Source of the DNA: a virus
Length of the DNA stretch: 64,000 nt
Strand: one strand, 5' to 3'
Virus record (IMG/VR): IMGVR_UViG_3300045800_000023
Span: 1,839-65,838 of that record
Both the position numbers and the translations under genes were made by a program. The notes beneath the pieces were generated by a model. It was not told the DNA's origin, searched no databases, and worked only from the letters and a program-made list of their open reading frames with translations. Of this stretch, positions 55,023 to 64,000 are shown piece by piece (the first letter of the stretch is position 1; every line of letters begins with the position of its first letter).

Positions 55023-57279
55023 CTTTCACCTTTTCTACGGGTCCTCGAATCAATTGCAACTTCCTGAAGCTCCAGCCCTTGTTCAAATCTGTCTTGGTAA
55101 TTACACCAACAATGACCGACCCTTCCTGTAAGTTTTTCACTTCTGCCGGGAATCCCCCATCTTGATTCGGCCAGTATACCACCTCAGACTTGAATCCGCA
55201 AGCGTCAATGAAGATCTTTTTGGCGGTCTTGGACTTGTTTTGGTAGGAGAACGACTCGATACTATCCACATGTGCTACAATGGCGCACTTGAACCCACCT
55301 TGTGGCAATTCCACAGCTGTGTTCATGTCGATAAGATCACCCAGACCGACCAGCCTATCACAACAAGGAACCTCTTCTCTCGCCTCTCGGCTCCAAGCTG
55401 TGTAAGTATAATACAAGCCCCCATTTGTGTCTTCGATGAAGGCATTTGTCTCCATCATATCACGGATATCCTCCGAATACGCAGGTAAAACAGACTTCTT
55501 GACCTGGAACCTCCCCAATGCGTCTAACGTTGGGTATTGGGCTTTGGACTTATTGTACTTTTTTCCAGCTTCCAGCGTATACTTCTTGAGGAGCTCTTGA
55601 TATTCGTCCAGGCGTTCATTGACAGTTGTATTGGGGTCGAACAAGGTGTCTAAAATTCCTGAGACAAACAAGGTATGCATGGTTCCAATGGTAATTGCAC
55701 TTCGTCGCCATTTTCCATCTGCTTCCCCAGCTTTACGATACTCCACAATTTTCTTGCAGAAATCGTCAGCTGATTCGTACGGGGCCCCTTCATTCAATTG
55801 TGCCTGGGCGGTCTCCCCAATCCCGTAGCAAATATCAATAGGGGCCCTGATACGGTCTCCTACAATGGCCCAATTTTCCTTAGACAGCTTGATGTCTGGC
55901 AAGTCTACGATACTTTCGACATATGGCCAGAATTTTGAATAGATTTCGTCTTTCTTAGCGTTCTGAAGGACGCTGCACCACCATTCAAGAGGGTAATAGT
56001 GCTTGAGCCAGGCGCAGGCGTAGGAAATAACAACGTACCCAACCGCGTGAGCTTGACAAAATGAGTACGCGGAAAATTCTAGTAAGCCAGCCCACACTTC
56101 TTTTGCCTTGTCTAACCCAATTTTAGACGCAGCCCGTTCAATGAAAAACGTGTAAAGTTTTGCCATTTCTTCTGGCTTCTTCTTGGCTGACAGCCGACGA
56201 AAGGCCTCAGCTTCACCGCCTGTACAGCCGGTCAACCCCTGGTAGACCTTCTGTAACCCCTCCTGAAACACAATTAGACCGTAGGTTTCAGGAAGCAAAT
56301 CGTCAAATATCGGAAGGACGTCTTTGCTTCCTACCAACCCCCGAATGCGTCTTGCGTATTCTATAAGTAAATTGTGTTTTTGACTAGGGGCTTCAGGGTT
56401 GCTCACCATGAAGTTAAGTGGTCCTGGTCTATCTAGAGCCGTAAAGGCAGCCATTGCAGCAATGCTGTTAATACCAGGTGTTCCATCTGGTCGAGTATGG
56501 TTAAATTGCTTTAGCCACTGAATTGCTGATGGGGTATTGTACTGAAAAACCGTCTCAGTCTTCCCTTGGCTAATGTCCTTGTACACCTCTAGGTCGCTGG
56601 GGAGGTCCCAGATATCGACGAAGCTTTTTGACACAGGGTCCAGTACCAGTCTGTGCCTTGGCACCCTTCGACCATTGACCGTCTGTTCTTTGGGAGACAG
56701 CCCCTCTTCTTTGTCGGCAATTAGCCGCAGACACGATTGGATATCTTTGAGGCACGCCACAACAAGAAAATCAAATTTCAATGCTCCTACGTTTTCAATT
56801 TCGCTCCCTGTAAAGGCAGTCACCTTAACATTTGATATGGTAGTAATAGGGATGAAGTCACTGATTGGCTTAGGAGCGATTACAAAGGCCGAAGCGTGTC
56901 TCCCTCTTTGACGCGGCAATGCAAGAGCCGCCTTTGCTATTTCCCACTGTTCAGGGTACTTGGCTATGTAGGCTTGTAAGGCGGGGTCTCTTTCGATACT
57001 TCCTTGGTGGTTCCCTTCGTCATCAGACCACCCCATGATAAATTTGATGTCCGAAAGCCCTTGTGGAGGCATCTCGAATTTCTTAGCAAGTTCTTCAATG
57101 TCTTGAGGAACCGATCCGAAGGTAAAGCGCGCTACGTCTTTTACACTGTTCTTCAGTTTCAGTGTGGTCAAAACACTTACCTGAGCCTGACAGTCTCCAA
57201 ACCTTTCCTGGAGCCAACCTGGGAAATACGGCTTAAGGGTGCCGTCTTGGGAGCTATTTGTCATTTTCGTGAATTTCAT
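55003..57279 (-). CDS. dnaE: DNA polymerase III alpha-like, C-terminal part (DnaE-C)
   Basis: RQRGRHASAFVI, KFDFLVV, FQY, RPGP, TYGLIVFQE, YSFCQAHA, OB fold. Confidence 0.9.
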   Translation of the reverse strand: MKFTKMTNSSQDGTLKPYFPGWLQERFGDCQAQVSVLTTLKLKNSVKDVARFTFGSVPQDIEELAKKFEMPPQGLSDIKFIMGWSDDEGNHQGSIERDPALQAYIAKYPEQWEIAKAALALPRQRGRHASAFVIAPKPISDFIPITTISNVKVTAFTGSEIENVGALKFDFLVVACLKDIQSCLRLIADKEEGLSPKEQTVNGRRVPRHRLVLDPVSKSFVDIWDLPSDLEVYKDISQGKTETVFQYNTPSAIQWLKQFNHTRPDGTPGINSIAAMAAFTALDRPGPLNFMVSNPEAPSQKHNLLIEYARRIRGLVGSKDVLPIFDDLLPETYGLIVFQEGLQKVYQGLTGCTGGEAEAFRRLSAKKKPEEMAKLYTFFIERAASKIGLDKAKEVWAGLLEFSAYSFCQAHAVGYVVISYACAWLKHYYPLEWWCSVLQNAKKDEIYSKFWPYVESIVDLPDIKLSKENWAIVGDRIRAPIDICYGIGETAQAQLNEGAPYESADDFCKKIVEYRKAGEADGKWRRSAITIGTMHTLFVSGILDTLFDPNTTVNERLDEYQELLKKYTLEAGKKYNKSKAQYPTLDALGRFQVKKSVLPAYSEDIRDMMETNAFIEDTNGGLYYTYTAWSREAREEVPCCDRLVGLGDLIDMNTAVELPQGGFKCAIVAHVDSIESFSYQNKSKTAKKIFIDACGFKSEVVYWPNQDGGFPAEVKNLQEGSVIVGVITKTDLNKGWSFRKLQLIRGPVEKVKDDEGKA

Positions 57280-57333
57280 GAAGACCTCATTATAGCATGC
57301 CGAACAACTTGGGGGAACAACAATCTATAGTGT

Positions 57334-58002
57334 ATGCAAACTTTTCCAAAAACAGAAAACAAACCCTGTACAAAATGCAATATTGAGAAACCCTTCTCTG
57401 AATTCTTCAAAGATCCTAGGGCCAAAGACGGAAGGAGGTCGGAGTGCAAAAAATGCTCACAAAAAGACTCCTTAAGATGGGGCCAGGAACACCCAGACAA
57501 GAGAGCAGAAATCTGGAAAAAGTGGAATGACAAAAACCCAGGAGGAGGCGCACTTAGAGCAAAAAGATGGAGAGAAGAGCACCCAGGAGCCAGGGCCACC
57601 TATATGAGAAACAGATACAAAACAAATCCGGTTCACAGAATAGTTACTATCATGAGATCTGCTCAAAAAAGAGCACTTAACGGTGCGTCTAGAGCGGGGA
57701 AGACTCTAGATCTCCTGGGGTGTTCAGTTGAACACGTAAAGGAGTTAACCGAGGCCTTGTGGTGGCCAGGAATGGACTGGAGCAACCAGTCTCGCCATGG
57801 GTGGCACTGGGACCACATCCTGCCCCTTGACAGCTTTGATTTATCAAACCCAGAACAGCAAAAAATTGCATTTCACCATATGAATCTGCAACCCCTGTGG
57901 GCAGACGACAACTTAAAAAAACACAGCCGACTCGATTGGACTCCAGCTGAATCTAAACACCCGCTTCCGGAACGGCTAAAGCACTTTGCCACCAAGGTGT
58001 AA
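57334..58002 (+). mobile_element. Free-standing HNH homing endonuclease between the dnaE halves, antisense
   Basis: CTKC...CKKC; LLGCS...GMDWSN...HGWHWDHI...NLQPLWADDNLKK; CAATCTA-N6-ATG. Confidence 0.88.
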
Positions 58003-59743
58003 ACTCAACCCCAGCCGACACAACCTCTTTGATTGGTAAAAGCCCTTGCTCAGTTTCCACCACAAATCCATCGGGCAGAATGTGCTTCGTTCCGTCGTCC
58101 GCTTCAACCTCAATCACCTCACACTCTTTCCCACAAAGCAAATCCCTGTTGGAAAAGTCCAGGTCCACGTCGGGCATGGTGTGAGATTTGATGCGGTCAA
58201 GAGTAAGAAACCTGTCTAGACTAAGCCCGTATTGAATAGGATCAATCGAGGTGATGCCCAATAGATAAGACAGCAAAACTCCCCCAGCTGATCCTCGTGA
58301 GCTGCCAACAAGCACCCCTTGGTTTTCATACACTCTACACTGCTCCTCACAGGTGAAGAAATAGGGCAATAGATCTACCGTTCCATTACGATGAAACAGC
58401 TGTATTTCTTGCTTGAGCCTGGCGACATACCTGGGGTCGTCCTTGGGCATTCTTCCGTGTTTGTCAATCAGCGTCTTGGTATGGGCAAGTGTATCTTGTG
58501 GATAGAATTTTGTCGGCAACTGCAACGTGCTGTCAAACTTGAAGTCCTTAAATAGGTCCCTAAAGGAATAGCTGTTGTCAACCCAAGACTCGAATTCCTT
58601 TTCAGAAACATTGTGTTTTTGTTTGAAGTGAGTAAAGGCCTCGCCACTTGACATCCTGTGGTACGAGGAAAAGAACCGCCAATCCCCCATTTGAGAGAGC
58701 TTTACGTCCTGAACAATTTTCATATCTTTTGACGCAAAGTGACAGTCGTCACTAACCAATATGGGCAACTTGTGCTTCTTGGCCATGCCCATCATAAACA
58801 CGTTCACTCCCCACTGAAGGTCACCGTCAGGAGCGGCGGGACTACACTCATTGACAATGAATCCCTCCTGTTTGCGTACACTAACAATCGGAAGAGGGAA
58901 CTCCACATCTTGCCAGGTATGAAAATTCTTAATAGCAAGAAGTGTCAACTTCTTCTTATCGTTCCATTTGTCGGCCAGCTCTTCGGCTTTAACTTCACCT
59001 TCTTCTGTCTTTAGGGTCTTCCCATAATAAAACTTCAAGGTCTTCTTGACATCACCGGCCCCCACCTCGATGAATACCCCCTTGGAGTATTCCCTGTCAC
59101 ATACGTGAGGAAAAACCTCGACAAACATCCTGTCTCCAAATAGATGGTGAAGCCTTTTAAAATAGGCCTTGGCTGCGCCTACCTTCACTTCTGGAGAGCT
59201 TTCGGTGTTGATTAGGTGTCTGGCTATCATTCCGACGAGGCAGCCAGCGCCTATCGTTGTTTTGGTGGCTGCCAGCTCTTCAAGGTCTGACCAGTCAAAC
59301 AAAGGCTTTCTCTCTGAACCATGGGTTTCTGCCCGGTCATCGGCCTTGGATAGAAGCTTGACCCCCTTAAGGTATGCTTCATAATTCTGAAAACCTAACG
59401 TGATATGGTAATATTTGTTGTACGAATAGAAACTACCGGTTGGATGTTCCAGTTTCCACTTTTCTTTGTCCATCCCCCTAGGCACAACGTCGGTCTTAGG
59501 CACTCCAAGCTTTGTCAAAATTGGACAGTCATCCGACCTAAAATAAGCCTCAATCCCTGAAATGGCGATTAGTCCATTCTTTTTTGCTAAAGACGAAATC
59601 CTGTAGATAGCAGAAAGGCTACCGTGATCCGTGGCGGTTATTGCCCCCGTTTCCAGTTCCAGTTCTTTAATACAGAAAGCCTCAGGAGTTGAAGCGGAGT
59701 CCAATGACATTACGTGGCAATGTGGCGTCACAAAATTACGCAT
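57953..59743 (-). CDS. dnaE: DNA polymerase III alpha-like, N-terminal part (PHP plus palm start; DnaE-N)
   Basis: PHCH, TDHG, GIEAY, SDDCHF, RGSAGG..LSYLLGIT.IDP, MPDVDLDF; start ATG 59743 (AGGA RBS). Confidence 0.92.
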   Translation of the reverse strand: MRNFVTPHCHVMSLDSASTPEAFCIKELELETGAITATDHGSLSAIYRISSLAKKNGLIAISGIEAYFRSDDCPILTKLGVPKTDVVPRGMDKEKWKLEHPTGSFYSYNKYYHITLGFQNYEAYLKGVKLLSKADDRAETHGSERKPLFDWSDLEELAATKTTIGAGCLVGMIARHLINTESSPEVKVGAAKAYFKRLHHLFGDRMFVEVFPHVCDREYSKGVFIEVGAGDVKKTLKFYYGKTLKTEEGEVKAEELADKWNDKKKLTLLAIKNFHTWQDVEFPLPIVSVRKQEGFIVNECSPAAPDGDLQWGVNVFMMGMAKKHKLPILVSDDCHFASKDMKIVQDVKLSQMGDWRFFSSYHRMSSGEAFTHFKQKHNVSEKEFESWVDNSYSFRDLFKDFKFDSTLQLPTKFYPQDTLAHTKTLIDKHGRMPKDDPRYVARLKQEIQLFHRNGTVDLLPYFFTCEEQCRVYENQGVLVGSSRGSAGGVLLSYLLGITSIDPIQYGLSLDRFLTLDRIKSHTMPDVDLDFSNRDLLCGKECEVIEVEADDGTKHILPDGFVVETEQGLLPIKEVVSAGVEFTPWWQSALAVPEAGV

Positions 59744-60004
59744 TGTTTCTTTCCTACCTTCCAAAAGTGGACAAAGCCACACATTATACCACGACCAAGG
59801 CCGGAAGTCGCCCTGGTCGCAGGTTAACTCCTCTTACAAAATATGTTCGTTAACAACCCAAGCGAAAACGGGGATCCCTAGAATGCTAATAACGCGCCAA
59901 ACACGGATATAGTGAATGGTCTTGCTAGTTTGCGTTCTCCAGGAATAGGTCCGCTCTTTGGCAAACTTCCAGATATCGACTGTAATCAACTGTAATCAAC
60001 ATTG

Positions 60005-60286
60005 CTAAAACTCCTTCGCGAGAATCTTAATTTTCTCCTCGATGTGGTCGCGAATCTTACCTAACTCACTTAGCTCGCGTTCCTTTTCTTGAAGCTGAGA
60101 CGTAAGCACGCCGATTTGTCGCTCGATATCTTTAATGGTAATATTCCTTCGGTCCCTGTCAGATGTCAACCGATGCAACTTGTCAAACTTGTTTTCTTCA
60201 CTGTCCATTACTTCATAATCCTTTCTATAGCAGATGCCAAGCAAATCCAATTTACTGCCACAAGAATTGAATAGAACAAGGACCAA
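60005..60286 (-). CDS. Small coiled-coil protein
   Basis: ORF track. Confidence 0.5.
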   Translation of the reverse strand: MVLVLFNSCGSKLDLLGICYRKDYEVMDSEENKFDKLHRLTSDRDRRNITIKDIERQIGVLTSQLQEKERELSELGKIRDHIEEKIKILAKEF

Positions 60287-60374
60287 CCATATTTGCGTTT
60301 AGAAAGACTAAGTATCGTTAAGAAGACGCACCACACCATAACCGCAATGCCAAAAATGATTCGAAAAGTCAACA

Positions 60375-60539
60375 TTACTTGCCTCCCAAAACGACAGCAA
60401 TTCCAAAAAGCAAGTTAACGATTCCGGTACAGCCCAACAAAATAGCTGGCCACAGGTTGTCTTTCTTGAGGTGGTGAACCGCCAAGCAGAGCCCGGCTGA
60501 TGCCAAAAACGAATCGATAATCAACTGAGTTACATTCAT
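60375..60539 (-). CDS. Small two-TM membrane protein
   Basis: Start moved to ATG 60539. Confidence 0.45.
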   Translation of the reverse strand: MNVTQLIIDSFLASAGLCLAVHHLKKDNLWPAILLGCTGIVNLLFGIAVVLGGK

Positions 60540-60716
60540 TAGAAAATCCTGCTTTCTTCCCAGGCATCTTCGAACTGGGAGACAAAACAGTAACACAATA
60601 GTCCGTACAAAGCAAACCCTAAAAGGTCTCCTTCGCAAAAATGACAAATTGACGCGCAGCCAAAAAAGGCTGACAAGAACCCGTTAACGCAGTTAGAAAT
60701 TGTCTTCATCCGTGTA

Positions 60717-60926
60717 CTATAGCCGAAACCCGGCTCTAAGTACAGAGATAATTTTCTGATAACGAATTTCTACTTCTTCTTCGGGGATTTCTAGGGCCCG
60801 AGCTATGACGTGTGTCGGAGCGCCCTCTGGGTAGCGCTTTTCTAACGCAGCGATACTGTTGTTATAGCGCTTAATAGCTATATAATCCGGTAAGGTAGCT
60901 AACATGTCTTGTACATCTTGTGTCAT
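60717..60926 (-). CDS. Small putative HTH protein
   Basis: THVIARALEIPEEEV. Confidence 0.45.
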   Translation of the reverse strand: MTQDVQDMLATLPDYIAIKRYNNSIAALEKRYPEGAPTHVIARALEIPEEEVEIRYQKIISVLRAGFRL

Positions 60927-61313
60927 TTAGCTGCCGGTTAGCTTCAGTATGTTGTCATCTGCCTTTGTAAATTGTGAACTGAGTTGTTCGTAAAACTTTT
61001 GCCCCCGCTCCTGCGCCAAGGACAACTTGTTGAGGTTAGCTTGCAAGACTTGCCGGTGGGTCTGGGCCTGTTCATAGAACTTTTCCAAGGTCTCAACATC
61101 CTTTCGAGCCGCAACAAACTTCGCTATTTCTACTAATCCTATCGCTTTACATCCCCTAGCCCTCTTCCTGGCTTCCTCCAGTCCTTCCCCAGTCGTTAGC
61201 TCTGTAGATAACGCTTTCCCGACTTCAAATGACATAGCCTGAATCTGTACCTCAAGCGTCTTCAACCCCTCAAACACTACCCCCATCCTGGTTTGAATTT
61301 CGAATGGAGTCAC
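60927..61313 (-). CDS. Coiled-coil hypothetical protein
   Basis: ORF coupled to neighbours. Confidence 0.55.
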   Translation of the reverse strand: MTPFEIQTRMGVVFEGLKTLEVQIQAMSFEVGKALSTELTTGEGLEEARKRARGCKAIGLVEIAKFVAARKDVETLEKFYEQAQTHRQVLQANLNKLSLAQERGQKFYEQLSSQFTKADDNILKLTGS

Positions 61314-62419
61314 AGCCCCTCAAAAGGCTTGATTATATCATTGTATCTAGGATCGGTTTCTGCTCCGTCCACAACAACAAATCTCTGATCTCCAACAGCG
61401 TGTCCTGCGACAGACTCAAACAACCATTGTCCACAGGTGTTATCAGGGTTGCCTATACTCAAACTAAAGTGGTCAACGGGGACCAAGCACCCGTTGGTTA
61501 TCATTGATACATTTCCTGGCAACATAGTTAGACTTCCTGTATGTACGTGCCCAACGGCAAAAACAGAGAACGGCCCTCCAACATTTCTAGCTGTGTTCCA
61601 CTTACTTACCTGCTGGGCCAGACTCGCTATATTGATTGAGCGCCCCGGATACCCAGGCTTGAGTACTCCGTCACCGTGTGTGGAAAACATCTTTGCGTCA
61701 AAAAGCTGTGTCACACAATATGGGGTTTTAGGTATGTTAATTTTGCAGTTTTCAATTCCGGAATTCCTAATAGCCGTCTTACAGGCAATGTAGATCATAC
61801 TCTCTATGCTGTCATATTTTTGGACAACCGCTCTTTCCGGATGTCGAGACATGTTTCTACCGTGGTTGCCAGTCTGACAATGAACTTCGACACTTGAATA
61901 ACAGCTTGACCAGTACATCAAAATTTGGTTTAAATAATGAACAGCTGCCGCAAATTGAATAGCCAACGGCTCGCCATCTCTTTGGTCGTGGAGTTGCCCT
62001 TGAATGATATCTCCAAGAAGGTAAACATTTAAACGAGTTTCTGGGCGGTACTGTGTTTTGTATTCGGCTACTTGCTGAGCAACTCGTCCTAGCCTGCGGC
62101 TTTCTTGGATCGTGTTGTACTCAAAAGGACACTCTTCTGGGGATAGGTGTGACCCAAAATGAAGGTCAGAGAGTAAAACATTAACAATCCTCTTGTGTGG
62201 ACTGTGCAGCCTCTTGCCGGTGTACTTGGCAGGCTTGCACCAACCCTTGCTGAACACTCTCTCCAAGGACTTCTGTAGTTCTTCTACAACCAGCAAGTCT
62301 CGGGCAGTTGCAACCGCCACTCTCTTGTCAATGTGGCCCTTGTTGGCTCCTCGTAAGTCACCAACCTTTTCCAGTAGGTGGTCTCGTACATGCTTCTCGG
62401 TAACTGTAGTTTTTGCCAT
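61310..62419 (-). CDS. Phage metallophosphoesterase
   Basis: LSDLHFG, LGDII, GNHGR, THGD, VGHVH. Confidence 0.85.
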   Translation of the reverse strand: MAKTTVTEKHVRDHLLEKVGDLRGANKGHIDKRVAVATARDLLVVEELQKSLERVFSKGWCKPAKYTGKRLHSPHKRIVNVLLSDLHFGSHLSPEECPFEYNTIQESRRLGRVAQQVAEYKTQYRPETRLNVYLLGDIIQGQLHDQRDGEPLAIQFAAAVHYLNQILMYWSSCYSSVEVHCQTGNHGRNMSRHPERAVVQKYDSIESMIYIACKTAIRNSGIENCKINIPKTPYCVTQLFDAKMFSTHGDGVLKPGYPGRSINIASLAQQVSKWNTARNVGGPFSVFAVGHVHTGSLTMLPGNVSMITNGCLVPVDHFSLSIGNPDNTCGQWLFESVAGHAVGDQRFVVVDGAETDPRYNDIIKPFEGL

Positions 62420-62830
62420 TGTACCTCTAGAGAAAGATTGATGACGGGGTATTACTTCTGAGAGAAAACGGACTGTGATTCTGCGTTAGGCTTTACTGAC
62501 AAAAGAAATGCTTGGTGGATGATTTCCCGAAGTGGATCTCTTCCAATCCAACAGTTCTTGTAGTAAAGCTTCGTTGCGCATACGGAGTCACAAGCGATGC
62601 TTTCCCCTCCTAAAACACGAGTCCACGCATTTCCTGGGATATTTTTATTTTACTTCCGCAACACTCACAAACGGCCTCTCGATATACCGGTTCAATCCAA
62701 CCAACTTGAATCCCCAGGATTGGTATAACCTGGGGAAAGTCGTGGGGGCTAAAACCAGGGCAGGGGTTAGTTGGTAGCTTGGCTTTCTTTTTCACTGGGG
62801 ACCTCTAAGGAAGGGCTGATGACGGACGGG

Positions 62831-63031
62831 TTAGTCTTCTTCCATAAATTTGACTTGTACCCCAGCCCCACGAGCTACAAGCTCAGCGTACTCTTCTAGC
62901 AATTCTTCTGTGCTATCGATAAGTAAGTCAACCTTGCCACCTTTCTTTTTCAGTTCGACAAGAGAGAACAGCCTTTCAATAAGAGTTTGGACTTTGATTT
63001 CTAAAACCTGGGCCTTGCGAACTTTTTTCAT
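62831..63031 (-). CDS. Hypothetical protein
   Basis: Start ATG 63031 by TAATG coupling. Confidence 0.5.
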   Translation of the reverse strand: MKKVRKAQVLEIKVQTLIERLFSLVELKKKGGKVDLLIDSTEELLEEYAELVARGAGVQVKFMEED

Positions 63032-63678
63032 TATGCAGCTCCTGTACTTTCGTTCGTTGCTGGTACCACAAATTCCGCTTCTCGGATTTGCCCTTCTAGA
63101 ACCGGATCGACTGGAGCGATATATCCAGATGTTGCAGGCACACATTCCTCATACGACTCCAGGATTTGAATTGTACCACTTTCCGTTGGGAGTTGCAAGG
63201 TTTCCCCAATCTTCTTGCCTAGTAACAACGCTTGGACCTCTGGCTTGATGGTAGCAAATGTTAGGTAGTTCTTGAAGGGGTGTGTTTGGGTGCCGTCGGG
63301 GTTGAAGATAGAGGCCACAACCAGGCACTTGTCGGTTACCTCAAAAATCTTCATAAGCTTGCCTTCACCGTAGGCCTTTTCTACGTTCTTGCCCATTTCG
63401 GCAGATTCATCCTCAAGAAGCTGGATGCGGATTTTCTTGGACTCTTCCCTTACTTTGTCCATCCCAACGACATTAGCGATGGCCTGAAGGGTAACTGTCA
63501 TATCGTCCAGACGCTTACCAATACCGTCCAGCTCCTTTTGGCTAACAGTGGCCAAGTTATTGTGGGCTTCTACAAGCTTCTGTAGGTCTTCAGTAATTAG
63601 TCCACGCTTCTTGTTGTTGCCCAATCCGTCCTGCCCTTTGCTCAATTGCTTCGATAGCTTCTTACTTGGTCGTGTCAT
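63031..63678 (-). CDS. Coiled coil plus FKBP/GreA-C-like beta domain protein
   Basis: ALLLGKKIGETL motif. Confidence 0.5.
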   Translation of the reverse strand: MTRPSKKLSKQLSKGQDGLGNNKKRGLITEDLQKLVEAHNNLATVSQKELDGIGKRLDDMTVTLQAIANVVGMDKVREESKKIRIQLLEDESAEMGKNVEKAYGEGKLMKIFEVTDKCLVVASIFNPDGTQTHPFKNYLTFATIKPEVQALLLGKKIGETLQLPTESGTIQILESYEECVPATSGYIAPVDPVLEGQIREAEFVVPATNESTGAA

Positions 63679-63889
63679 TGGTCTTTCCTTCTTTGATTCT
63701 TGAGTTAACAGTTGCTAGAAGTTCTTCTAGCTGTGTTCGTATTTCTATTAGGCCATCGGGGTCGTCAACCTTTACGTTCGAAAAATAGTTCAAGACTTGA
63801 GTAAAGGCGTCAACCAGGACCTCAGGATGGTTCTCTTGGAACTTACGTCTGGTATCCATTCTGAGATTGATACCATTTTGCTTATCCAA
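63662..63889 (-). CDS. Hypothetical protein
   Basis: ORF track. Confidence 0.5.
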   Translation of the reverse strand: MDKQNGINLRMDTRRKFQENHPEVLVDAFTQVLNYFSNVKVDDPDGLIEIRTQLEELLATVNSRIKEGKTNDTTK

Positions 63890-64000
63890 AACCTCGATGA
63901 ATTCTTCTTTTGACCTGGCCTTGTTAAGCTGTCTCTTAATTACCTTGTGAAGGCCCAGTTTGTTCTTTAGGACCTGTACCCCGTTAAACAGAGTTACGAC

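Noticed and set aside
57280-57952. Group I intron interrupting dnaE
   Set aside because: Only ~55 nt are non-coding, no catalytic core is recognisable, the HNH is antisense, and DnaE-C has its own promoter/RBS; RT-PCR would be needed to exclude it fully
1-64000. Prophage or host chromosomal context
   Set aside because: No integrase, att-like site, rRNA or host housekeeping operon is seen; gene density and content are phage-like throughout

Overview
This is a 64-kb internal segment of a large, apparently lytic, contractile-tailed dsDNA phage; no host housekeeping context, integrase or rRNA is visible. Late virion and lysis genes on the + strand include repeat-rich virion proteins, a 2312-aa baseplate-J-like protein with Kelch repeats, a tail-tube-like protein, holin-like proteins and an amidase. 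They are interleaved with early genes on the - strand. These encode a DnaE replisome (DnaE, DnaB, DnaG, RecA/UvsX, UvsY-like, SSB, 5'-3' exonuclease, ATP-dependent ligase), a Prs-like plus Nampt-like NAD pair, two RNA ligases with phosphatases, MazG, ClpP and two tRNA clusters. Manual reading gave seven main results that the ORF track does not show. (1) dnaE is split into two genes around an antisense HNH nuclease, with non-canonical half-Hint (intein-derived-looking) ends, and a second half-Hint-like insert sits in its PHP domain. (2) A circularly permuted tRNA-Val(UAC)-like element and other enlarged tRNA-like RNAs lie between RNA-repair genes. (3) There is a 57-aa type IV mini-pilin gene. 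(4) An array of tRNA-like genes has aberrant anticodon arms. (5) A late promoter motif CAATCTT-N6-ATG is fused back-to-back with sigma70-like early promoters. (6) A dispersed family of about 16 copies of a YRxLxxGE...GDE...RR module is spread over five early genes. (7) Several recombination and frameshift scars are present. All functional calls come from motif recognition by eye; no searches were run.
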